From Candidatus Poribacteria bacterium (GTDB lineage: Bacteria; Poribacteria; WGA-4E; WGA-3G): a stretch of DNA of 64,000 nt. The notes beneath the pieces were generated by a model. That model worked only from the letters and a program-made list of their open reading frames with translations, made no database searches and was not told where the DNA came from. The translations under genes and the position numbers were made by a program. Location: contig OZ251518.1 of NCBI GenBank assembly GCA_965242965.1, forward strand, positions 2,816,001-2,880,000. The letters are read 5' to 3'. Positions 1-9,846 of this stretch are shown here, piece after piece (the stretch's first letter is position 1; each line of letters begins with the position of its first letter).

Positions 1-450
1 GACGCGCCACTGCGCGATGCAGCCACGCGTCTCCTCAACACCCTCGGTTACCACAGCGAGAGAACCGGGTATCCCGCCTTGGACGCGGACAGGTGGAACC
101 GCCTCCGCGCCGTCGCAACCGACAAAATCCGTATGGACGACTGGGAGGCATTCCATCTCCTCTTTCAGATTACCGATACGGAAATCAACCGGCAAGAGCT
201 GCTGTTTGAGCCAGCGCAACTTGAGAAAGACCTGATGCACTCCTACATCTTCGCCGCCGTGAAACTCGCCGGTGAAAACTGGACGCGCACACAACTCGCT
301 GACATCACCCGATTTATCAACACCCAAATCGTGCAACCTATCATGGTAATGTTCCACTACAGCGACAAACTGACGCTGGCGATTATCAACAGGCGATGGG
401 ATAGGCGAACAACCCCTGCGGCTGTAGGGGGGGGTCAAGGCAGATTCTAG
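1..450 (+). CDS. N-terminal part of a Type IIG restriction-modification enzyme (5' end outside the window; frameshifted at G8)
   Basis: Frame is open from base 1 (DAPLRDAATRLLNTLGY...LAIINRR). It joins the next ORF (SRQILEKVTLIKDINL) if the G8 run at 427-434 becomes G9. Confidence 0.75.
   Translation, partial: DAPLRDAATRLLNTLGYHSERTGYPALDADRWNRLRAVATDKIRMDDWEAFHLLFQITDTEINRQELLFEPAQLEKDLMHSYIFAAVKLAGENWTRTQLADITRFINTQIVQPIMVMFHYSDKLTLAIINRRWDRRTTPAAVGGGQGRF
427..434 (+). repeat. Poly-G tract (G8) at the frameshift of the Type IIG RM gene
   Basis: Sequence gctgta-GGGGGGGG-tcaagg; G9 or G6 restores the frame. Confidence 0.85.
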
Positions 451-479
451 AGAAAGTCACGCTCATCAAGGACATCAAC

Positions 480-3400
480 TTGCGCGCACCGCACCGCGCG
501 CATCTGGACATCCTCGCCGAACTCTCGCTAGATAGCCTCATCCAAACCGAAGAAGTGCACAGTTTTGACACGCTGCACGAAGCGTGGGAAGGCGTTCTGA
601 ACACCGAGGCACTCAACCGAAAATTCTATGGCGAGTTGCATGCGTGGTATCAGTGGACAGTTGCGGAATGCCGCTTTCCCGACGATGCACTGCAATTGCA
701 GGTGATCCGTCTCATCACGCGCCTGCTCTTCATCTGGTTCTTGAAAGAGAAGAAGTTGGTGCCTGAGGAACTCTTTGACGAAGAACCCGCGGCGAACGCT
801 CTGAATCGGTTTTCACCGGAAACCTCGGACTATTATCAGGCGGTGCTGCAGAACCTCTTCTTCGCGACGCTCAACACGCCGATAAGCGAGCGCGCTTTTA
901 GCCCGCGCAATTACCAAGGGCATCGCGATGCCAGCAAGTATCGTTACGAAGACTTGCTCGACAATCCCCAGGCGTTTCTAGAACACCTCAAGCAGGTGCC
1001 GTTTGTCAACGGTGGGCTGTTTGACTGCTTGGATACGTTTGAGGGAACGCGTGCCGGTGGAAATCGCGCCGATTGCTTCACCGATGACATAAACGCCCGG
1101 CGGAAACTGCACGTTCCCGCGAAATTGTTCTTTGACAAAAAAGCAGGACTTTTCCCGCTCTTCGCGCACTATAAATTTACGGTTGAGGAAAACACCCCCA
1201 TTGAACAGGAAGTAGCACTTGACCCGGAATTGCTCGGACAGGTGTTCGAGAACCTGCTCGGTGTCTATAACCCGGAAACGCAATCGACGGCTAGGAAAGC
1301 CACCGGCTCTTACTACACGCCGCGCCAGATTGTAGATTACATGGTAGATGAGGCACTCATCGCCTACTTTCTGCAGAAAGTGGAGCCTTTTGATGGGGAC
1401 AGGCGGTTTTTGGAAGAGCGGCTCCGCGACGATTTGCTCGCTTACGAGGCACAAGGCAACGCCGATGAACCGAACACGCATCTCATTCACGAGGCAGAGC
1501 TTGAACCGATGATTGCGGCGATAGATGCGCTCAAAATCATCGATCCAGCCGTCGGTTCCGGTGCATTTCCGATGGGCATCCTAAATAAACTGGTGCTAAT
1601 CCTTCAGAAACTGGATCCGCAGAATGCACATTGGAAGGAGTTGCAGCTGCGGCAGGCGGCAACCATCCCCGATTTGCATAGCCGAGAGGAAGCGAACAAG
1701 GGTATTGAAAACGTCTTCTCGGCGGCGAACCGCTATAACAATTACGGCAGGAAGCTTTATCTAATCCAGAATTGCATTTACGGCGTGGATATCCAGCCGG
1801 TGGCATGCCAGATTGCGAAACTCCGCTTTTTCATATCCCTCGCCATTGAGCAAGAACCAGATAGCGAGGCGGAGAATTTCGGCATCCGTCCTTTGCCTAA
1901 TCTGGAGACACGCTTCCTTGCTGCGAATACGTTACTCGGATTGAAAGGCGCGCCGACACTCACAAGTCCGAAAACGCAGGAACTTGAGAGCGAACTAATT
2001 CTGAACGGCGCACGGCATTTTCACGCCATCACGCGTCAACAAAAACATGAGTGCAAGACGAAAGACGAGGAGTTGCGTCAGGGGTTAGCCGCGGAATTAC
2101 GTGAAGTCGGCATGCCCGCTGAAGATGCTGAGAAAATCGCATCGTGGGACCGCTATGATGCGAATGCGACAACCGATTGGTTTGCACCGGAGCGGATGTT
2201 TGGAATTCGGGATGGGTTTGACATTGTCATCGGCAATCCGCCTTACATTCGGAATCATAACCTTTCTGTCCGCGAGCGCGCTGCCTTGAAAAACCAATTC
2301 GGCAACTTCTACACTGGCGGCGCGGACATCAGCGTCCATTTCTACAAACGCGCTGCTGAACTGCTCCGACGAGGGGGAATTGCTACCTATATTTCCACCA
2401 ACAAGTTTCTGCGAGTTGCTTACGGAAAAAAACTGCGTCATTTCCTTACCACGGAGATGTCGCTGAAGGCACTTTTGGATTTCGGGAGTATCGCTGTTTT
2501 TGATGCAGCCGTGGATACGTGCATCGTTCTGCTTGAAAATCAGAAGCCGTCGCCAACGCACACCTTCCACGCGGCAACTCTCAGAAAAGCGTTAGAAACA
2601 TTTATCGTGCAGGAAGAGTTTCAAACGCAATCTTTCCCGATGAAGGTATCTCATTTATCTGACGCGGGATGGACGCTGGCACAGCCTGAGACACTCGCGC
2701 TGCTAGAAAAATTGCAGAACGTTGGCACGCCGTTGGGAGAATTAGGTAACGCGCCGATTCACGTCGGTATTGTGACAGGATGCAACGATGCATTCGCTAT
2801 AGACAGTGCCACGCTCGCGCGTCTCCTTGCTGAAGACTCGAAAAGCGGTGAACTCATCAAACCTATGTTTCGCGGGAAGCACCTCCAAAGATGGAAAACA
2901 GAGCCCGCGAGTGAATATCTGATAGTGATAGCCAGCAGCACAAACTGGACGTGGCCCTGGTCAAATGCCGGTGACGAGTCGGAAGCAGAGCGAATTTGTG
3001 CTGAGACTTATCCGGCAATTCATCGCCATCTTCAGAGTTATCGGGCGCGCCTTATCGCCCGCGATTCCAAAGGAAAGTTTTATTGGGAGCTGGGTTCGGC
3101 TACCTACCACTCAGCATTTGAACAGCCGAAAATTGTCTATCGCGAGATTAGCACTTTGATGCGGTCGTGCTTTGACACAACCGGGACTTATGGTTTAGAC
3201 TCAATCTATTTCATCCCCTCGGATGACTTCTCCTTGCTTGCGATTTTGAACAGTAGGCTCTTTGATTGGTACGCGCGGCACACCTTCACTACGCTAAACG
3301 ATGCATGGGCAGGCGGCAGTTTGCGGTGCAAGAAAGGGAACATGAAGCATGTCCCGATAGCGAATCGAACAGCGGCGCAAAAGGCGGAACTCGCTCGTCT

Positions 3401-3551
3401 CGTGGCACAGATTTTGGCAGAGCCTGACAGCGACAACGTGCGCGCGCTGGAAAAGGAAATCGATGCTGTAGTCTATCGGCTATACGGATTGTCGGAGGAA
3501 GAGGTAGCGTTGATAGAGCAAACGTATCAGGAGGCGGGAATGGAAGTGTAG
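480..3551 (+). CDS. Type IIG (Eco57I/TaqI-like) N6-adenine methyltransferase with C-terminal target recognition domain, main body
   Basis: Motifs GSYYTP, IIDPAVGSGAF (motif I), YGVDIQ and VIGNPPY (motif IV); TaqI_C-like tail (FEQPKIVY...LAILNS...EIDAVVYRLYGL). Frame is open upstream through the poly-G tract. Confidence 0.9.
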   Translation: MRAPHRAHLDILAELSLDSLIQTEEVHSFDTLHEAWEGVLNTEALNRKFYGELHAWYQWTVAECRFPDDALQLQVIRLITRLLFIWFLKEKKLVPEELFDEEPAANALNRFSPETSDYYQAVLQNLFFATLNTPISERAFSPRNYQGHRDASKYRYEDLLDNPQAFLEHLKQVPFVNGGLFDCLDTFEGTRAGGNRADCFTDDINARRKLHVPAKLFFDKKAGLFPLFAHYKFTVEENTPIEQEVALDPELLGQVFENLLGVYNPETQSTARKATGSYYTPRQIVDYMVDEALIAYFLQKVEPFDGDRRFLEERLRDDLLAYEAQGNADEPNTHLIHEAELEPMIAAIDALKIIDPAVGSGAFPMGILNKLVLILQKLDPQNAHWKELQLRQAATIPDLHSREEANKGIENVFSAANRYNNYGRKLYLIQNCIYGVDIQPVACQIAKLRFFISLAIEQEPDSEAENFGIRPLPNLETRFLAANTLLGLKGAPTLTSPKTQELESELILNGARHFHAITRQQKHECKTKDEELRQGLAAELREVGMPAEDAEKIASWDRYDANATTDWFAPERMFGIRDGFDIVIGNPPYIRNHNLSVRERAALKNQFGNFYTGGADISVHFYKRAAELLRRGGIATYISTNKFLRVAYGKKLRHFLTTEMSLKALLDFGSIAVFDAAVDTCIVLLENQKPSPTHTFHAATLRKALETFIVQEEFQTQSFPMKVSHLSDAGWTLAQPETLALLEKLQNVGTPLGELGNAPIHVGIVTGCNDAFAIDSATLARLLAEDSKSGELIKPMFRGKHLQRWKTEPASEYLIVIASSTNWTWPWSNAGDESEAERICAETYPAIHRHLQSYRARLIARDSKGKFYWELGSATYHSAFEQPKIVYREISTLMRSCFDTTGTYGLDSIYFIPSDDFSLLAILNSRLFDWYARHTFTTLNDAWAGGSLRCKKGNMKHVPIANRTAAQKAELARLVAQILAEPDSDNVRALEKEIDAVVYRLYGLSEEEVALIEQTYQEAGMEV

Positions 3552-3580
3552 CGGGGTTCTTGCGGTGTCCATTCGTCTGA

Positions 3581-3619
3581 AGCAGGATTTACAAGATTAA
3601 AGGATTTTCAGGATTAGGG
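3581..3619 (+). repeat. Four ~9-bp CARGATT units
   Basis: agcaggatttacaagattaaaggattttcaggattaggg; sister copies at 24298-24338 (-) and 27727-27767 (+). Confidence 0.7.
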
Positions 3620-3730
3620 AATCTGTGCAACCAACATTCTCTGGCATTCCGTTGGCATCTCGGATATTCCCGATCTCCGCAAAATGCCCTTTAGGTCCGT
3701 TAGGTTCTTAATGTGAAGATGTGTTTTTTC

Positions 3731-3759
3731 TTGACAAACGGGATTTTATATCCTATAAT
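3731..3759 (+). promoter_or_regulatory. Consensus sigma-70 promoter
   Basis: TTGACA-N17-TATAAT, exact match. Confidence 0.75.
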
Positions 3760-3824
3760 CCTTGTTAGGAATATGCAGGAATGTCCAATTAACGGGAGAT
3801 ATGCGATTTGCGGATAAATTTAAG

Positions 3825-4646
3825 TGAGAGTGTTTCATATTTCAATACGTTCGGTAGGAGAGACTTCCTAGTCCCAATTTCTTCCGGTAGGAGAGACCTC
3901 CTGGTCTCGATGTGCCCGTAGCGCGGGGGCCTGTCCCCCACATTGTCCATCGTCAAGCGGTGGCGTTTTAGGTCCGTAGGACCTACATGTCTATAGAAAA
4001 ACGTATCCGTCCTTAGGATTCTTCGCAGACGCGCCGGCTATAGACATTCAGGTCCTACGGACCTGAAGAGAACAAGAGACGTTTTTTCCGTAGTGAGAAC
4101 GATGGCGAGGGAAACCCTCTCGCCTGCGCGGGTGGCATCCGAGGGCCCTCGCCCTACGGTGAGGGGGGGCGTTTTTTTCGCAGCGCGGGGGCCTGTCCCC
4201 CGCAAACTCCATCGTCACGATGTGTGTTTCCGCCTCTGTAGTTTGTGATCGCCTGATCACAAACAGGTCAAGATCAGGCGATCTTGACCTACAGAGGGGA
4301 GGGAGTCTGGGGTACGCGAAACGCTGGCGAGGGACAGGCCCTCGCCCTACGGTAACGCACGCCGTTTTTTCGGACGCATCGTTTTAGGTGCTTTAGCACC
4401 TACATGTCTATAGCAGCATGTGTCGTCCCGTTTTCAAGGGCCTTTAGGTCCTTAATAAAACACGCGCGGACCTGTCGAAATCTATTAAGGACCTAAAGGA
4501 CCTTAGAGCTCTTCGGTTGCCAAGTGCTATAGACATTAAGGTCCTACGGACCTAAGAGACATCGAGACCAGAGGTCTTTCCTATAGGAACATCGCTTGCA
4601 TCGAGACTGGAAGGGCTCTCTGGCACGGATTTATGAAACACCCTCA
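3825..4646. mobile_element. TIR-bounded composite REP cassette (MITE-like)
   Basis: Left end TGAGAGTGTTTCATA, right end TTTATGAAACACCCTCA; interior made of hairpin modules A, B, C, D and E; no target duplication. Confidence 0.75.
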
Positions 4647-4706
4647 ACTACATAGGGAACCTCTCTGAATTTTCATCGGTTATCAATTCAGGAAAACCGC
4701 GAATTT

Positions 4707-4735
4707 TTGACAAACACAGCGAAATGTGTTAAACT
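4707..4735 (+). promoter_or_regulatory. Sigma-70 promoter
   Basis: TTGACA-N17-TAAACT with an extended TG. Confidence 0.6.
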
Positions 4736-4780
4736 GCATCTCAAAACGCAAGCACAATCTGCATAAGATACCCAAAACCG

Positions 4781-6076
4781 ATGCGCTATCCAAAACGCCT
4801 CACCTCATCGCGAAGAAGACCGAAACGCCAGCGGTGCCGCACCTGCCGCTCCGATAACGGGAAACGCATCTGTCCCGCGCTCAACGGGATGCTTATCTGT
4901 CCAGAATGCTGCCGCACCAAACGCGCCAAGATTCCAGGTTGCGACGAAAGATGCCAATACTACTCGCCGCTCATCCTGAAAAGCAGGATGCGTGAAACTC
5001 CCGAATTCCCGATACATCGATGTCTTGTCAGTCGCTCGCGGGACACCGGCATGCTCATCGTTGTCGGCACGCGGAAGCGGCCCGATGGCAACCTGAAAGC
5101 GATGTTTATCTTGCTCGATCTTTGGAAAAAGGGCATCCGCGACTGCTTTTTTGACGCGAACCTCTCCGAAAAGCAGTTTGAGCGCGTCGCGCAAAAAATC
5201 GGGAAAAGCCAGAACCTCATGGCACCGCCAGATCCAGACGAAACGGATGAACCCGATGGCGAAATAGACGTTCGCCTCCCGAAACATACCCTCGTCATTG
5301 AGGCGGATACGGCGATACATAGCGATAAAGGCGTGAGAATCGTTCAGCACGACGAGGCATCCGGTGGACAAGCGATTGACAGTCTGCCCGGCGCGCGGGC
5401 TATCCACGAAATTTATATCCCGAAAACCGGGAAATGGTATGTCTGGCTGCGTGTCCTGTTTGAATACAGCAAAGATTCCTACTGGATCGGCATGGATGAC
5501 GCAACGCCGCACCCCTGGAACAGCGAAGGCGGAACGGGGGCAATCAAAATTTATGCCGAACCGGACGATACATCCAAATGGGGACGCTGGCTTTGGGATT
5601 CCGGCGTAGACAACGCGCACGGCATCAGCCCCTGCTTTTTTGAGGTGAAGCGGACAGGATACTATCAACTCTGGTCAAAGGGGAGAGAGGCCGGGTCGCG
5701 CTTGGATCAGATTTTGTTGACGCGCTCGCGGGATTTCAATCCGCAGACCGAGACAGAAGGACAACCGCTGCCAACGATGCTCGCGCAGCACCCTTATGAA
5801 CCCATCGCACTGCACGAATGCCAAAAACTCATTCGGCACGCTGTTGACATCGCAACCGCCGCGAAGACAGAGTTACCGTGGGAATTCAAATATTGGCTGC
5901 AAGATATGTGGGGCGACATCAGGGAATTTCCGGAAACGGAAGGCTCCCTCTACAAATGCCCCAAGTGTGGTGCAGAACTGCCGCAGCAGGCAGTCGAACT
6001 TATGATTCAGCATGCGCAATCCGATGACATTCAATTTTACATCTTATGCCGAAAGTGCGGCGGCGAATTCGATTAA
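4781..6076 (+). CDS. Hypothetical protein: Cys-rich N-terminal zinc finger, inserted carbohydrate-binding-like jelly-roll domain, C-terminal zinc ribbon
   Basis: CRTC..CP..CPECC..C..C at the N-terminus; VIEAD...WYVWLR...REAGSRLDQILLT in the middle; CPKC/CRKC at the C-terminus. Confidence 0.65.
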   Translation: MRYPKRLTSSRRRPKRQRCRTCRSDNGKRICPALNGMLICPECCRTKRAKIPGCDERCQYYSPLILKSRMRETPEFPIHRCLVSRSRDTGMLIVVGTRKRPDGNLKAMFILLDLWKKGIRDCFFDANLSEKQFERVAQKIGKSQNLMAPPDPDETDEPDGEIDVRLPKHTLVIEADTAIHSDKGVRIVQHDEASGGQAIDSLPGARAIHEIYIPKTGKWYVWLRVLFEYSKDSYWIGMDDATPHPWNSEGGTGAIKIYAEPDDTSKWGRWLWDSGVDNAHGISPCFFEVKRTGYYQLWSKGREAGSRLDQILLTRSRDFNPQTETEGQPLPTMLAQHPYEPIALHECQKLIRHAVDIATAAKTELPWEFKYWLQDMWGDIREFPETEGSLYKCPKCGAELPQQAVELMIQHAQSDDIQFYILCRKCGGEFD

Positions 6077-6128
6077 TTTCGTTGTTCGCAAGGCGTTGTT
6101 CAGCAATAATGGCGAGAACGACGTTGTC

Positions 6129-8309
6129 TTGCCAGGCCGCAGAGACGTTGTCTCTGCTTACGTTTCTGCTTTAAGGAAAACATCCTCGCTGATAGCGACG
6201 CTCTACCTTCTGTTATTTGCCTCGGTTTGCATCGCCGCGCCGCCGAACCCGTATCGCTTTTTTAACGTAGACCCGGGGACAGGCGAATTCGTTGCCAAAT
6301 CGCCGCAAAGCACGGCACAATTTCTGGAGGCATTAGATGGATGTTGCCTCGCGAGAGAGCAAAGCGTCCTGCAACCCGATGGCATCGAATATGTGCTTGC
6401 ACTCAAAGTCGATTTCGTTGACATGCCGGGACGCAGGAGCGGCGCGGAATTCAATCAATACCTATTTGCGCCTACCGGCGTTTCCCTGAAAACCTACTAT
6501 CGTGAAAATTCTTACGGGCAAATGGATATCCAGCCGGGACCGGCGGGCGGCGTTCTGCCTGCAGGAAACGAGTGGGTGCGTGCCAAGCATCCGATGTCCT
6601 ATTACGGCGCGGGGCCCGGGCAGTTTAACCTCACACGCTATCGGGAACTCATCCGAGAGGCATGTCAGGCAGTGGATGCCAACGTCGATTTCTCGCAATA
6701 TGACCGGAACGGGGACGGTATCGTCGATCACGTCTTCCTTATTCACGCTGGAAATGACCAGGCAACCTCTGGTGTAGCCGATGACCTCTGGTCTAACCTC
6801 ACCCCGAACGTGAACCTCGTGCTTGATGGTGTGCTGATTGACGCTGCCGTTGTCGTCGGGGAAGAGCCCGATTTTGCGAAACCGCATTTAGGCATCTATT
6901 TCCACGAGTTTTTCCACGACTTCGGCGCGCCCGATGTTTACGGGTTCAACTGGCCCGATGCCCGCGACCACAAGTGGGGACTGATGGGGGCTTACGGGCC
7001 CTATCAGGGCCCCGAATCCGCCGGCACCGCAAGTGGGAATGGGTTGGCACCGAGTCATATCATGGGTTATCTCAAGTGGGATTTTGACGCGCGCCCAGAA
7101 AATGGCCGCCTCGGTTGGATCGAACCGGTGACGATTACGCAGAATGGACACCTCACTGTTCCGAGTTTTGAACTCGGGCCAGAAACCGATAAGGTTTTCA
7201 AAATTGACATTCCATCTAATACTGATGGCTCGCGAGGGACAGGCACTCGCGCTACAGGAAGTAGTCGGGAATTCTTCTTGATAGAAAACCGCTACAAAGC
7301 CTCCGGCGCGATGTATGATACCCATCTGCCGGAATCCGGCATCTTGATTTGGCATATTGATGAAACAGAGGTGCGTCCCCTCGGCAGTTACGATGCCTCC
7401 CAACAGATTTGGCTGGAAGATCCGTCAGACCCGCAGCACATCGGGCTCGCCGGCGGTGAGTTGGACTTTATTGACATAGACACGATTACCGACGGCGCGG
7501 CTTACTCCGCTGACGATGGGCAAACCGCCTTTACATCCGGCACTTTGCCCAACAGCAACGCCAACGATGGCACGGTGACAGGCATCTCCATTACCAATAT
7601 CGGCCCCGAAGGATTTGATATTCCCCTGCAAATCTGGTTTGGCGACAGATCAGAACCGAATGACACACTCGCAACCGCTTTTCCAATCCGATATGAGGAG
7701 CTTTACGAATCTTTCCTGCTTGATGTAGACGATACGCGCGATGTCTATCAACTTGAGGTGTTCAGAGGTGTCACGATTCAGGTGATGTTGATGGGGATTT
7801 CGCCTGAACGTGAGTATCGCCTATTCTTTGTCACAGGAACAGATGAAACGCCGCTCGGCACGGTGCGCCAGGTCCCGACAGGCTTGCAACTCCTCTATCA
7901 ACCGGAGACGACAGGCACGTTTTACCTCGTCGTTGAATCTGATGACGGTTTTCGGGGTGCGGATGGCTACCGTTTGCAGGTGGTGCAAGTGGTGTCAGAA
8001 AGTTTCACGTTCGCGGAGACGCGGGTGTATCCCAATCCAATGCGCGTCGGCGATGCACCGATGAAGTTTGATTATCAGTTGGCGGCTTCACAAACCGCGG
8101 AGACTGTCACGCTTGAAATTTTCACGTCGACTGGAAACAAAATCTACGACGAAGTGCATCGGAACGTCTTTGTGCCGGGGACGTTCGCGTGGCATGGTGT
8201 GAACAGCGCAGGCGCGCCGATTGCCCCCGGTATCTACATTTACCGTCTTTCTGCCACGCAATCCGATGTGAACGTGCAGGAAATTGGAAGGTTGAGCGTG
8301 AAGAAATAA
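6129..8309 (+). CDS. Secreted M6 family (immune inhibitor A-like) zinc metalloprotease with PPC-like and FlgD-Ig-like C-terminal domains (start uncertain)
   Basis: Signal peptide; SLKTYYRENSYG; VDFSQYDRNGDGIVD; HAG; HEFFHDFGAPDVY (HExxH); EFFLIENR; GILIWHID; YPNP...WHG...GIYIYRL. Confidence 0.85.
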   Translation: MPGRRDVVSAYVSALRKTSSLIATLYLLLFASVCIAAPPNPYRFFNVDPGTGEFVAKSPQSTAQFLEALDGCCLAREQSVLQPDGIEYVLALKVDFVDMPGRRSGAEFNQYLFAPTGVSLKTYYRENSYGQMDIQPGPAGGVLPAGNEWVRAKHPMSYYGAGPGQFNLTRYRELIREACQAVDANVDFSQYDRNGDGIVDHVFLIHAGNDQATSGVADDLWSNLTPNVNLVLDGVLIDAAVVVGEEPDFAKPHLGIYFHEFFHDFGAPDVYGFNWPDARDHKWGLMGAYGPYQGPESAGTASGNGLAPSHIMGYLKWDFDARPENGRLGWIEPVTITQNGHLTVPSFELGPETDKVFKIDIPSNTDGSRGTGTRATGSSREFFLIENRYKASGAMYDTHLPESGILIWHIDETEVRPLGSYDASQQIWLEDPSDPQHIGLAGGELDFIDIDTITDGAAYSADDGQTAFTSGTLPNSNANDGTVTGISITNIGPEGFDIPLQIWFGDRSEPNDTLATAFPIRYEELYESFLLDVDDTRDVYQLEVFRGVTIQVMLMGISPEREYRLFFVTGTDETPLGTVRQVPTGLQLLYQPETTGTFYLVVESDDGFRGADGYRLQVVQVVSESFTFAETRVYPNPMRVGDAPMKFDYQLAASQTAETVTLEIFTSTGNKIYDEVHRNVFVPGTFAWHGVNSAGAPIAPGIYIYRLSATQSDVNVQEIGRLSVKK

Positions 8310-8311
8310 AA

Positions 8312-8612
8312 TGAGGGTGTTTCATAAATCGTTCAACGTCGCGGGGGAAACCCGCTCGGATGCGCGTGTGGCATCCGAGGGGCCCCGCGCTACGGTTGTC
8401 GAGGCCGCCTCCCTTCACCGTAGGGCGAGGGCCTGTCCCTCGCCATGCGTCTTGCTGTCAGACTGCATCCTCCCTGTAGTTCAGGATCGCCTGATCCTGA
8501 ACTGTTTGTGATCAGGCGATCACAAACTACAGAGGTGGGCCCAATGCCTGCCGGTATTCGCCCGCCTTCCAAGGCGGGATAAATACCGAAACAGAATTAT
8601 GAAACACCCTGA
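8312..8612. mobile_element. TIR-bounded composite REP cassette with 7-bp target duplication AATAAAA
   Basis: TGAGGGTGTTTCATAA...TTATGAAACACCCTGA, flanked by AATAAAA at 8305-8311 and 8613-8619. Confidence 0.9.
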
Positions 8613-8721
8613 AATAAAATTTTGTTGATTAAAAAATTGGATTATGATATGCTGTATTTTAGAATGAAGAGGTGGGCAAACGTTGTCCGCACGAAACATA
8701 ACCAAGGAGGCACTAGTATCA

Positions 8722-9777
8722 ATGAAATTGTTCAATAAACTGACCTGGCTCAACGTCGGCACGCTGTTGGTGCTTGCATTCGGCGTTGCGGGGTGTGGCA
8801 CATCCCTTAGCAGCCTATCACCGATCCAACCCGTGCAGAATATCGCCGATGCGCAACTGTTACAGATCGAGAAGCCGAACGAAGAGGTGGTGGTCCCGGC
8901 CGTCCCCTCGGAGGCAGTCGCGAAGCCGGTCCTCGATAAACACGGGTTGAAGACAGCGGGATTCCGCATTGGGAAAGCGCGCGACGCGAACATGGATGCG
9001 TTAACCTATATCTTCGCGTTCAACGAATACATGCACGCCGAAACCGAATGGGAGAATTTCCTCAGCGAGTGGGCAGAAACGCAAACCGTAATTGAAAGAG
9101 GCAGCAGCGATGACGACAGGAAGGTGGTAGATGTCGTCCTGATTTCAGATCAGCCGCAGCTGTTTGACATTCAGACAAGGCAACCCATTCTCACTAAAAC
9201 GGTGGATGGCATCACCGTATCCATCTCCTATTGGCGGCGCCCAGATTTGGACAGGAAATACAACCGCGGCAACGCTTTTTCCCCGTTTTACGAGACCGAG
9301 GCGCTCCATCAAGGCGACAAAACGGATGTGTTTTACGTGAAGATTACCAACAATCGGAGCGAAAACGTCATCTTTGATGTCAAAAAGTGCCGTATCATCG
9401 ACCAGGGTGATAATATCTACCACGGCTTGAGCTACGATGATCTGAAGGAACGGTTCACGTACATGGCGCGCGCGACGGGCCTCTACGTGAAAAACGGACT
9501 CGACAAGGCGCGACAGATTCTCATTGAGAAGCGGATGCCTATCGTCGAAAAACAGGTCGGCACACGGCGCACCGGCGTTCCACCCGGCGAAAGTAAGGAG
9601 GGATTTGTCCCCTTCGCGCAGACGAAACTAAACGCACTTGAACTGAACGTCGTGCTGCCGATTGAAAAGGCACCGCCACCGGGCGGCGCACAGCGTTACC
9701 AAACCGTTGAGTTTGAGTTCCCCTTTACGCACGATAGAGGAATTCGGGTCGCGCAGCCATCACCGAAGCGTTATTAA
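8722..9777 (+). CDS. Hypothetical lipoprotein
   Basis: AGGAGG RBS; lipobox VAG-C; upstream TTGATT-N17-TATGCT at 8625-8653. Confidence 0.75.
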   Translation: MKLFNKLTWLNVGTLLVLAFGVAGCGTSLSSLSPIQPVQNIADAQLLQIEKPNEEVVVPAVPSEAVAKPVLDKHGLKTAGFRIGKARDANMDALTYIFAFNEYMHAETEWENFLSEWAETQTVIERGSSDDDRKVVDVVLISDQPQLFDIQTRQPILTKTVDGITVSISYWRRPDLDRKYNRGNAFSPFYETEALHQGDKTDVFYVKITNNRSENVIFDVKKCRIIDQGDNIYHGLSYDDLKERFTYMARATGLYVKNGLDKARQILIEKRMPIVEKQVGTRRTGVPPGESKEGFVPFAQTKLNALELNVVLPIEKAPPPGGAQRYQTVEFEFPFTHDRGIRVAQPSPKRY

Positions 9778-9789
9778 CCTATAGACCGG

Positions 9790-9814
9790 AGGCGCGGTTT
9801 GACACCGCGCCTAC
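9790..9814. repeat. REP-like hairpin (class F) between convergent genes; possible terminator
   Basis: aggcgcggt-ttgac-accgcgcct-ac, with GTAG on the minus strand; related copies near 26577 and 43281. Confidence 0.6.
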
Positions 9815-9846
9815 CGCATCCTACCCCTGCCTTTTCTATGCCTCTT

